Assembly (NCBI GenBank): GCA_031835245.2
Contig: JAVKOQ020000107.1
Location: 1-64,000, forward strand
Direction of reading: 5' to 3'
From: Balamuthia mandrillaris
Taxonomy: Eukaryota
Length of the DNA stretch: 64,000 bases
Shown here: positions 12,678 through 24,351 of the stretch, in pieces
Layout of the letters: each line of letters opens with the position of its first letter
Numbering within the stretch: position 1 is the stretch's first letter
Made by a program: the position numbers and the translations under genes
Notes under the pieces: model-generated
What the model was told of the DNA's origin: nothing
Database searches by the model: none
Seen by the model: the letters and a program-made list of their open reading frames with translations, nothing else

Positions 12678-13117
12678 AGTAATTTGTTCTCTCTTAGTTG
12701 TTATGCTTGTTGCTACAAACCAAATAGTTTAGTTTGTGTGATGCTCTCCGGAGAGCTCCTCGCTGATCGGCTCGTCGCAACAACCAACTAATACTTAGTT
12801 TGTAAGTATCACTCATCCTTAAGTGAAGATTACTTGCACGTCGCTCCGCTGTATGAAGCAGCAGCAGCAGCTGGGGCAAGTAAGCCCCTCCTGAGTAAAG
12901 AGAGATGACAGGAGGAGGAGGCAGCAGGGCCACGTCCTTGAAATGGGTGGCCTGGTTTGTCGACAGAAAACAGGAACCGATCAAAAAAGAGGCGTGCAGT
13001 GGGCCACGTCTCTCTCCCTCTGCCCTGTCATCAGCATTTTAGAAGAAGTGGTGGTGGCGGCGGCGGTGGTGGTTGTGGGAAACAAAAAAGGACCTGGCCC
13101 CTAGCTCTGCTTGAACA

Positions 13118-13541
13118 ATGATGATGGCCGCTGTGGCAGGGAGAGGCCAAGAACAAGGAGCATACGCAAAGGAGAGCTCGTCCGTTGTGGAACGTTTGCA
13201 GACCGAAACTCCAGAGCAACGTACTTCCACTGGTAAAACGCAGCAGGATGCTGCTCTCCCGCCTCACTCCCCCTTTAGAGAGGAGGTTGATGAGTTTAGG
13301 CGCAAAAAGCACAAGAAGCTTCTTTCACCGTCCCGCTCCCTCTCTTTCTCTTCTTCGCATGCTCCATCTCTACGCCCTTCGACCCAGCTGCTCGCAGAGG
13401 CAGCAAAACCTTCACGCCAGAAGCGAGGAGTAGCACGCTCTCTTTCTTCCATTTCCCCTTCTTCTTCGCTTGGCCTTCGTTTGGCCAGTAAAACTCATGA
13501 GTGCTTGCAAGAAGCTGAACAATGTTCCGGGAAAGAACGGT

Positions 13542-13581
<40 letters not shown>

Positions 13582-15553
13582 CCTTGTTTCGCACTAACAA
13601 GAATAAAGAGAAGGGTTGTTGCACCTTCTATTGGCGTCCCTCTCAGCCCAAGTGGAGGAAGGTTTGCTTTCTTACATTCCCGATTGCGACTTTGGCCCAG
13701 TGGAAGAGCAACAAGAAAACCAGCGGTGTGACTTCTTTGCTCAAGGAAACAGTTTCGCCTTGTCACCCTCCTCAGCCGGTTCCTCGCTTCACTACTACCA
13801 GTTGTTGGCGTCATACTATGCACGCTCCAATTCCTCCTTTGTTGAGCTTCTCTCTTTTCTACAACGCAGCTCGCTGTGGTCTTCCAAACCCTTTCCTCAA
13901 ATATTTGCCTGCCTCTTTTATAGAAAGGTATGGTTTTTTGCTCTCGCTCTCATTCAACCTTTTCATTAATTCGTTTCGGTGCACCAGTTGCTTCAAGGTG
14001 AAGAGTGGAAGGAGAGCGTACAGAGAAGCTGTCATTCTCACACCGCCATAGGATCTTGGACGCTGCGTACACCACGTGGAATGCACGTGTTTCTCAAAGG
14101 GACGAACAGACTGTTCTGGCAAGATCTGGAATCTGGCACAACATGCTTTTTGCCTATATTTCAGGTGGGCTTCCAACTTCGTTGCACTCGTTGTGCTTTC
14201 CTTCAATGCGAGTAACAACTTACAGTGCTGTTTTTCGTCACCTGCATAAACAGTTGATAAAAACAGAGGTACTGCTATCAAGAAGACTATGGAAGGAAAA
14301 CGCCATCAAGAAGACGCTATTCGATGTATTCTTCTTGATTTGTCGCTTTTTCTGGTACTACGAAAATGCCTACAGAAGAATTGTAGTGGAAAGTGAATCC
14401 AATAGCAACAACAATACTTCCTCATTCTTGGACTTTATCAGCGGGGTGGACGCCAACCTGGACGCCACCCTCCTGCAAGAGGTTCCGCTTCCAAAACGCT
14501 TTTCAGCGTACAACCTGCTAGTACGCATGCAGCAGGGCAAAGAGGGAGAGAAAGCAGCTGTTGAAGGACCAGAAAATGGCTCCGATGGTTGCATGACCGC
14601 TTACTCGCAAGAGCACTGGGAAGAAAATCGAGACTACACTAATAAGGAGGAGGCCGATGAGGTCACGGACAACACTTTGTTGGACATGCCTTTGTTGGAC
14701 GTATTTGTGGAGTCAATTGTACAGCAGATCGCCTTCATTAAGAACGAAAAAATCCTGGTGACTTACTTGCGGCATTGTGCCCTATTGAAAGGTATTGTAG
14801 ACCCTCTTTTAGTGGCCTTCGCAGCATCACTCAAAGGCAATTGGAACAAAACACACACGCACACAAAGACCATCCAATTGGAAGCATCACTAGTGTTAAG
14901 CTTCAAACTGGCCTTTATGGCTTTCAGCAAGCCGGTGGTCCCCTTTATCCTACTCGCAACGTCCGCAGAGCTGCACGCCAAGTGGTAGATTGCCTATGGC
15001 CGGTACAAACTTTGTAACCTCCACTATTCTCAAATACTCATTTCCACACTTATTTACACACGTATGAACACAAAAGCATGGCAAAATATCAAGGAGAGCG
15101 ATAGGTCTGTTGTTCAGGTTGCTGCATCCTTACTACGGCACTACATCAATCCTTTACTGGACATGGGTTTGTGTCTGCCTCTCTCTCCCTTATCATAACA
15201 TCTTCTGATGATTGCATATTGTAGTACTACATCGCGGCCGTCCTTTCTTTTATTCTGTCTCTGTTTTTGATGTGTTGGAGGGTAACTATGCGGTCAACAG
15301 CTCACCGCGTGTTCTTACGGAGGAGAAGGCCGAGGGAATGCCATCGCCGCGAGGAATAATATTGCAGCAGCTTCTCGAAGAATCAGTTCCAAATAATAAA
15401 TTGTACAGTTTCAAGAATGAACAAACAGAGAAAGAAACTCATCGACAGAGCAGATGCGGATGCCTAACTGCTTCGCCTTTTGCACTTTCGCGGGAGAAGG
15501 CGCCTCCCCACAAACTAGCATCCCCGTTTTCTTGCTCAAAGAGGAAGATATGA
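13118..15553 (+). CDS. Hypothetical multi-exon protein (disordered N-terminus, helical body); 3' end uncertain (15395 or 15553)
   Basis: Chain of ORFs (13118, 13616, 14005, ~15078, 15212) joined by GT-AG introns, one containing a (CT)n tract. No family recognised. Confidence 0.55.
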
Positions 15554-16377
15554 GGAAACCGCACGCTGTTACCATCCTCTTTGCTTCGTCCCTGGTTATG
15601 AAGGGAAGGGTACCTGTGAACACAACAGGTCCTTTCTCCTGCAGCGTAACAGTGCCTGTTCCTTCAGCTTCTTTCACCGATGAATTGCTGTGTGAGAGTG
15701 CATTCTTCTCCTTATTCAAAGGGGAGGCCATGTGTGGCTGAATGTTAAGCAGCGCGTGCAACTGTGATAATAACAAGTGGTTTTCCTTGTTGCGGAGGAA
15801 GGCGGCGATGGAGACTGCTACCACATGACCGATACCAACAATGGAGTCGAGCTCTGCTATGAAAGGATCCTCCTCCTGTATTGCGGAGTGCACTGCGGAC
15901 GCGGCAAAGAGCAATGCTTCCAGGCTGCCAAAGTGAGCGGCCAGCAGCCTGGCGCCTTCCTTCCCCACGTGGGGAATGCTGATAGCATGTAACAGGGTCT
16001 CAAAAGGGATGGGCCTTCGCTGACACTCCAGTATGCTGTGCTGCAAATTGGCCACCTTCTTCTCCCCCCACCCGTCTAATGCCAACAGCACCGACCTCCC
16101 ATCTCTCTGTGTGTCTTGCTGCCTGGAAAACATGGTGAAGAGGTCGAGGACGGAGTGACGGATGAGGCCTTGCTCTCGCAGTGTTTTGACAGTGCTATGC
16201 CCAAGCCCTCCTATTTGCATACACTGCTTCGAAGCAAAATGAACAACCTGCTGTTGGAAACGCTCCGGGCAGTCCTTTTTCTTGCAGTATAAGTCTCGTG
16301 TGCCTTCCTCTTCGTTTTGCTCCCATCTTAAAGTTTCCTTGTATGTTTTTTGAGAGTTAGCATGCAGGTCTTCTCTG

Positions 16378-16421
<44 letters not shown>

Positions 16422-18323
16422 CAATAGGATGACCCCGAGAAATAAACTTACTTGGACGGAACAAGGACATAGAATGGTAGCATCTGTGTTAAAGTAAGGC
16501 AGAGGTTCTCCTTTTTCAACTCCATCAGCAGCAAGACCTGATATTTTTGGGATGACCTCGCCTGCTCGTTCCACATTTACCATAACACCCTTTCTTGTGA
16601 TGCCTTTTCGTTTCATGTCATCAAAGTTGTGAAGAGTGGCACGACTAATTGTGCTTCCTCCAATTTTCACTGGTTGTATTTGAGCAACTGGCGTGACTTT
16701 ACCGGTTCGGCCCACCTGGTGAGGGTTGGCACCGCAGAGATGTAAGTAGAGACTACGATACAAATACAAAAAGAGGTCAAAAACCTGAAGGTAAACATCT
16801 AACAGGGTCGTTGCTGCTTGTTCTGCAGCAAACTTATAAGCAATGGCCCACTTTGGCGCTCTGGTGGTCGCTCCGAGGCATTCTTGCTGGTGAATGTCGT
16901 TAACTTTGATGACCACTCCGTCTGTAAGGAAGGGGACCGCGGTGTCTCTCGTTTGCTCTTTACCAGCAATGAAGCGCATCACCGAGGCCAGCCGGTCGTT
17001 CGCAGCATGAAGCTTGGCTAGACTGTCCACCGAGAATCCAGAGGCTTTCAACCACTGCAACCGTTGCCAGTGGGTAGCCGGAAGTTTGTCTTCATGCCCC
17101 CCCTCACCGTGCAGCGAATAGCTGATAATGTCCAGCGAAGGTGCGCGTGGTGAGTGTGGTTCCCCATTGTCCATAGTTTCTTTTCTGTTCAGCATTCCAG
17201 CCACAAGGTTACGAGGGCTGTTGTAGGTCTCTAGTCCGGCTCCTCCACGTTGTTGATTGAGCTGCTCAAAGGCATCTTTACGCAATACCAGCTCGCCTCT
17301 CACATGAAAGGTGCCACTCAGGACGGAGGCCAGTGGGCTCTTCCCGGTCACAACGCTTCTCGGGAGGCCTCGCTCCGGTAAAACTAACTTGGCCACTCGT
17401 TCAGTTATGTCTAAGCCCATCTTTCCATCGCCTCTTGTTAACGCGCGCACAAAGCGACCACCTTCATAGTGGAGGCTAACGGCAACGCCATCATACTTCA
17501 CCTCCGTTACGTAGTCTACTTCCTCTACCTCCTCTTTGGAGGTAGACTTTAGTCCATCTCTTACACTTTTTTGCCATCGATGAACTTCATCAACGTCGTA
17601 GCTATTGTTCAATGAGAGCATAGCCGGTCGTTTATGCTTTACTGCCTACTGGTTCAATGGATAAGAAAGAAGTACACAGACACCGGGAAGGAGGGCATGT
17701 AACTGAACCTTGAGAGCAGAAGAAGTGGGAGTTAGCGGTGCGCCGACGAGGTTGGTAGGAGAGTCGCCGGAGGCGAGAAGCGGGTTGGCCGCTTCTAAGA
17801 TTTGCAGCTCTTTGAAGAGCTGGTCGTAGTGCGAGTCCGAAACGGAAGGTTTACCCTCCTCGTAATATTCTCTGTTGTAGCGAGCGAGCTCTGCCCGCAG
17901 CAACTCTATTCTTGCTTTGGCTTCCTGTCGTTGGGTGACCTCTTCCTCTCCCTTCACATTTGTATTGGCAGCGTTGGGTGGCTGTTTTTTGCCTCGCTTT
18001 GCTACAGAGGAAGAAGAGGTCTTTTTCCGTTGTTGGGATGCCGTGGTGGCAGTGTAGCCTCGGAAGCTGGCTTGGTAGTGGCAAAAGGGTGTTAGTGACG
18101 GGGACGGACTCAACCTTCTGGCGCGCAAGCGGGCAAAGGCTTCCTCCGTATGCGTTGCACGCGTTGCCACGTAGAGGCGCCTCCCTGCCACCACAACGCA
18201 CGGGTGTTTGTACACCAGTTTGCCAAAGGTATGAAGATCGCAACCTGCAAGTCGGCAGGTCGGCGCCCCGGTCTGGCGGAGGCCACAAGCCAAGCCCCCA
18301 GCAGTGCCAGCAGCAGGCCTCAT
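15411..18323 (-). CDS. ligA: NAD+-dependent DNA ligase (bacterial LigA type) with three introns and an N-terminal organellar-type presequence
   Basis: Domain Ia (YNREYY...SDSHYDQLFKEL), H..PAMLSL, motif I EVKYDG, TRGDG, VRGE, SPRNLVAG, DGVVIKV, PKWAIAYKF, OB fold QVGRTGKVTPVA...ATLHN, RAGEVIP, Zn finger, HhH repeats (IGGLG, GWGEK, IPHVG, GIG), BRCT VVFTGTL...KVQKAKQLGI. Introns 17646-17708, 16716-16784, 16338-16451. Confidence 0.95.
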
Positions 18324-18770
18324 CTTATTGCTGCTGGTCGGCTGCTTTACTTGTTGTGGTTTGATGATTCCAAGAAAAATTCCGATTGGGGAGATGATCT
18401 TTGGTTTGTCGACAAGATTGGGACTGTCGACAAAGATCCCATTTGTAGCTTTGTTGTGCTGCACAACCCTTTGCTTTACTTGGCTGAGACAAAAAAGAAA
18501 GCAAATAGCAAGCAGCCGCAGCAGCAGCCCGCCACAACTTCTCCTTCTGCAAGACCTCCCCTCCAGTCGAGTTCGGTTGGCCTAACCCCCTCATATATTT
18601 TAGTTACCACGCCACATAGAGAGAGAGAGAGAGAAAGGAGAGTAGAAGTGGGTGAAGGCCGTCGACTTGGTGGACTTCGATGCTGATACTCCTTCCTCCT
18701 CCACCAGCAACCAAAGAAATGAATGAGAACACATCTGCTTGCTAAGACCACTGTACACCGTTTACCAGAA

Positions 18771-21700
18771 ATGCAGCGCATACAGTCCATGTGGACTAAC
18801 CTGCGCAAACCAAAAAACAAATTTACCTTGGACCACCTCAAGTACCTAGTCCCCCCCCCCTTGTTTTTTTCCTCCCCTCTCCAATGACTTAACCCCATTC
18901 TTCTTGTATTTCTTCACCTCAAACTGGTTGTCCCCTTCTCCTTGTTTTTAGAACTTTGCACGAACAACTAACCAGGAACAGGGTCATCACGGAGAAAAAC
19001 CAAAAACTCATCATTGAAACGCTGCGTCAGATCGCAGAGATTATGATATGGGGAGACCAGCACAACACTGCTTTTTTTGAGTAGGTGCACCTCCTCTTCT
19101 TGATTACTGTTGTGACAGCTTTCCATTCTAACCTTCTTTTTTTGTTCTTGCTGCTGCTCTGCTCAGTTTCTTCTTGGAGAAAAACATCTTGGGCTTCTTT
19201 CTGGACATTCTATCCCAAAAGTCTCCGAACAAGGTGAAGGTTCAACTCCTTCAAACGCTTAGCATTCTTGTAGAGAACATTCGCAGCGAGACTGCGCTAT
19301 GTAAGTTTTTTTGCAAACATCAGCTGTTTTTCCTCTTTGTCCTTGCTTCGCTCTCGCTCGTTAGTCTCTTGTTCTTGTTTTATGTGCCGTCTCCATATTT
19401 TTGGAAAACTAATGCTGCCCTTTTGTAGATTACCTTCTATCTAACAATCATATCAACGATCTTATTACCCATAAGTTTGACTTCTCGGACGAAGAAGTAT
19501 TGGCCTATTATATCTCGTTTCTCAAAACGCTATCCCTGAAGCTTAACAAGAACACCATTCAGTTCTTCTTCAATGTGCTACAAAATGATTTTCCTCTATA
19601 CACTGAGGCGGTCAAGTTCTTTAACCACCGCGAAAGCATGGTTCGCACTGCTGTGCGCAACTTAGCTTTGAATGTCTTCAAAGGTACATTTCATCATTGT
19701 TGGTTAGTCAAAGGAGTCTGACTGCTATATGCTCTTAAAACAGTTGAAGATGAAGAAATGCGGCGCTATGTGCTTGACAAACGAGCTGCTCCTTATTTCT
19801 CTAACATGGTGTGGTTCATTAGTGACCAGTGTCACACCCTTGACGAGCTGGTCATTGATTCTGCCTCGACTCCAACGTACTGCTCTCTTGTTCTTCTTGT
19901 TCTTCTTGTTCTTCTTGTTCTTGTTCTTGTTCTTCTTCTTCTTGTTCCTCTTCCTCTTCCTCTTCCTCTTCCTCTTCCTCTTCCTCTTCCTCTTCCTCTT
20001 CCTCTTCCTCTTCCTCTTCCTCTTCCTCTTCCTCTTCCTCTTCCTCTTCCTTCCTCTTCCTCTTCCTCTTCCTCTTCCTCTTCCCTTCTTCCTCTTCCTC
20101 TTCTTCCTCTTCCCTTCCTCTTCCTCTTCCTCTTCCTCTTCCTCTTCCTCTTCCTCTTCCTCTTCCTCTTCTCCTCTTCCTCTTCCTCTTCCTCTTCCTC
20201 TTCCTCTTCCTCTTCCTCTTCCTCTTCCTCTTCCTCTTCCTCTTCCTCTTCCTCTTCCTCTTCCTCGTCTGTGCTGACAGTAAAAGTCTTTATTAGTATG
20301 GTCAATCGGCGTAAGCTAGAAGATTTTGTACATGAGTTGCTTGACGTCTTTTACTACATTCAAGACATATTCAATTTAAATATCTCGGAGCTTAGCAGGG
20401 CGCTCTCTGATCATCTTCTTAAGAACTTGCTTCTCCCTCTCTTTGCAAAGAGTTTGCTCTGTTTTACTGATGAAGATGAAGGCCATGTAAGCTTTTTGTT
20501 TTATTATTTGTTTCTGCTTTGTTTTTGTTTTTGTTTTTGTTTTTGTTTTTGTTTTTGGTTTTGTTTTTGGTTTTATGCTTCATACTTTCCATGTTCTAAA
20601 TTATCACCACAGGATGACAGGATCAACCCGGCCTTGGCTCTCTTTTTGTTGGCCCAAGTCTTTCACATATTTTCATACAGGACGTTAGTGAACACCCTGG
20701 GCGCAGCCATGATCCATCCAGACCCTATCGCCTACGTTTCCCGGCCCCAAACACAGGATGACATCCCCTCTCCTATTAAGCCTTCCACCAAGGCCAACAA
20801 AGTCCCAACTCTGTCTTCCTCTCCCTCCACTGCCAACAGCATGCCAGCTCGCTCTCCTCGCAGCCAGCCGCTCAAACGATTGTCTACGTCCGTGTTACAT
20901 ACTCCCCTATCTGATGGCCAGGATGATTTAGAGCCCCACGATAATCAAGAGCCGCATCCTCCTTCTCCTTCGCTACACTCTTCGGAGCAAGATGAAGCCA
21001 GCCCTCTAAGACAACCCTCCCTCTCAGAGGATGGAAAGCACACAACATCACACGAGCGACAAGGTTCCTCAGAAGAAGAGAGCCGAGCCTCATCCTCTAA
21101 TTCTTCCCTCTCTAAGAAAGAGATAGTGTCAGCTACCCAGGTAGAGATAGGAGAACGAGAAGGGGAAGATCCCGCCGAAGAACACTGGACGTCTCAGGTG
21201 ACAGGCAGCAAACGCGAAGAACCTGCCTTGTCAAAAAAAGAACGGCATCCATCCGATTTGACTTCTCCTCGCAAAGACACTGCCGCTACAACCAAAAACA
21301 GAAGAAACACTAGCGGCGATAAAACGCCACTCAATGACCAAAAAACCAAAGGAGAGGAACCGAACGTTTTGTTGGGATATCTGCGGCCATCCTCTGGTCG
21401 TACCAAGCGCAGAAACAAATTTAGGGATGCCTTGTTGATGTATCTGGAAGAGGACGACGATCGGATGGTACTGGGCGCTATGTGTGTTATATACGCTATC
21501 GTCCGCAATCCTGTCACCGATTTGAGCCTTTTGGAAGAGTCGAATTTGCTCCCCTTCCGCTTTTGCAAGGCTAAACACTTGTTAGAAGAGCTAACGTCTC
21601 CCGAAGATGCTAATCTGCTCCTTCATCCGGACCCCCCACTCTCCTCCTCCCAACCGGCACTTAGCGAAGAAAATGCTGAAGTTACGCCCACCCTGTCTTC

Positions 21701-22962
21701 ACTCCCACCGTCTACCGCCTCCAACTTTGCCGATAGTGATCCACCCATTCCTACCGTAGCAACCGCTGCTCCTACTCCATCTACCAACATGCCTACCGCT
21801 AAACAACAACAAGAAGATAAATCGGTCCCAACCACTGATGAATCCAATCAAGTAAGCTCGGTGATGTCTACAAAGGAAAGTGAGTCTGTCCAGCCGCAAC
21901 CTTCTCCATCGTTGAACCAAGAGCCAGAAGAAGAGGAAATCGGCGAAGACACTGAAGGCCAAAGCAGATTACCACAAACAGAGGATGAGGACATAAACGC
22001 TACAACCCTGCCCCAGTCAGGCAACAAAAAAGGACAAACCGCGACAGGAAAGTCTTCTTCAAACCAAGACACCAAGCGAAAGAAGAAAAAGAAAAAGAAG
22101 ATAAGAAACGTTGTGCACCAATGGTATGGCGAGGCAGCAGAAGCCCCTGCAGTTCCCGAAATTGTGGTTAAGGCACCGGGCGTTTCTCGGAGAACAAGCA
22201 TGCAATCCCCGTCACGCAAAGATTCTGGTAAACGCAAGCACCGAAGGAAGCGGTGGCGTTCCCGCCAAAGAAAAGAGATGCCATGTACTGAAGATTGGGT
22301 GGAACAGCTGCTCCTTGTCCTCATTCGATCTTCACACTACCGTCTCCTTACATTGCAGATGGCTACGCTCCTCATCAAGGACCTAATATGTAGCCATGAT
22401 TCAGTTGCCAACCTGGGCGGTGACCTTAAAAAATTGTTGGAAGTGGCCTATCAAAACGCAGTTAACTGCGCCAAAGACCGACTCAACGGCACGTTGGGTG
22501 GCATTTTTTTGCAACTTTTCGAGGAGGAGATGAACAAATTCAAACGTATGCTGTTACCTCTCCTTTCTCCGATTATCCGTCATCCTGCTAATATATTGTT
22601 TCTGCTTTTCCTTACAGAACTAAACTTTGATAGGCTGATAACAGATCCCTCTTCTTTGTTGCCTGTTACTGAAACATCATCTTCCAAACTTGGTCTCTTT
22701 CTTGCCCAATTAGTCCCCCTCTGTTTTTTTTTTAGTTTTTCATCGTCTTACCATCCTCTTCAACACGCAGCTTTAGCGAAGAGGATGCCTTCTGGAGAAA
22801 TGGAAAAGACCAAACGAGCAATTCAAGGCTTTTTGGTTTTGAGAGAACTCAAATACACTCTACTTTGTAAAAAGGACCATAAATTTCCACTTAAAGAGCA
22901 TACCCCTCACGTTCTTACTCCTGTTGGCTCAGAGTATCCTTTCGGTACCCTCTCTCTCTCTT

Positions 22963-22993
<31 letters not shown>

Positions 22994-24259
22994 TTCTCTT
23001 ATCTCGATCTCCTTTCTCTTCTCTCATTAACCAAAACACCCGTTCAGAGTTGGCCCAAAGCTACTATTGGTGCGCGCTTATAGAAAAACCTAATGTTAGC
23101 CATGATCCTGGCACAACTTGGGAAGGCGAGCCCTGCATTCTGGTCATCAACCCTCCATCAGTACTGCTGCTTTTACCACGAACACCAAGCTCCCCTCGCT
23201 CTGTTGTTGGAGGCAAACTTGAACAAGTCAAGGCTGCTTCTAATCCGATTGTACAGCACATTTTTTCTATCCAAGGCCTCGAGGTACCTCTCATTCTTTT
23301 GTGACATATTAGGTTGTGTTCTCTCTCTCACCTCCCTCCTCCCTCTTGTCCAACAGGTTCAGCGGCACGCTACCGACCCCAACAGCCTGTACATAATACC
23401 ACAGGATTCGGTGATTCCTTTAACCCTTACTTTTCCTGATGAGAAGGAGAGCTTGGAGGCTAAACAAGCCTTAGAAACTGCAAGAATAGAACTATACGAC
23501 CGGAAATTACGACAGGTGATGGCCCTGCTGAACGCCGATGACGAGACAGAAGGAGAAGGCAGCCACGAAAACGATGTCGCAAGTGACACCAGCGAAATAA
23601 GTGATAGCAGCACCGACCGTAGCGCACGATATCAGATGAGAAGGGGAGGAGAAGCGGGGTACCGCCGTCGTAGAGTTGGTGGCTCTCAGCCGGTATTAAT
23701 TCGCAGAGATCCTTCCTTCCCTGGTCTCAGCGACGTGACAGAAGGAGCCACTGACAGCGCGGAAGGAGCCACTAGTGATGATGGAGCAGGCACTGATAGT
23801 TTCGTCAGCGATGCAGACTGTGGTTCCTTCACAGCAACCCCTGTTACCCTTCCTCTCTATAAAGAACGCACCCACGGCAACAATAACCATAACAACAGCA
23901 ACGGTAATACCAACAACAATAACCGCCGGCGCCAGCAGGCTCATCACAGAAGGGCTCCCTCTGTGGGCTCCGCCATTTTCCCAGTGCTCTCTCCCGCTGT
24001 GGACTCGCCACTAACTCCTCACCACAATCCTCATCATCATCAACAACAGCAACAGCAACAAGAGGATAAGACACAACGCCACCGTCGCCGTCACAGCCAT
24101 GACCAACCACAACAACCACCCCAACAGGAGAACGCCGCAGTGGCCCTCTCTTCCATTGAGGCTGACGATGCGCTTAACAACGAAGAAGCACCAGAGGCCC
24201 CTCTGCAACAAGTTGCCAATATGGAAAATACCCTCGATGAGGAAGAGACACACACATAA
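18771..24259 (+). CDS. CLEC16A: CLEC16A/GFS9-TT9 family (FPL domain) endolysosomal protein, multi-exon
   Basis: [85 protein letters not shown]. Confidence 0.92.
19887..20266 (+). repeat. ~380-bp (CTTGTT)n/(CTTCCT)n pyrimidine-rich microsatellite inside CLEC16A intron 19877-20296
   Basis: Directly visible tandem hexamers. Confidence 0.95.
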
Positions 24260-24351
24260 AATATTCCTCGTGTGTCTAATCGCAGTAATATTTAATTGTC
24301 AGAGGTGAAATTCTTGGTTTTATAAAGTTTCTCTGAGCTTCATACAAAATA

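Noticed and set aside
12864..12892. RNase MRP RNA (GGGGCTTACT on the minus strand resembles CR-V)
   Set aside because: No matching CR-I (GAAAGTCCCC) was found and internal T-runs would terminate Pol III.
15411..18323. Bacterial contamination or chimeric assembly explaining ligA
   Set aside because: It has spliceosomal introns with the host-type microsatellite and continuous eukaryotic flanks.
19729..20305. Poly-FL/LP, poly-E and poly-RG ORFs
   Set aside because: These are translations of an intronic microsatellite.
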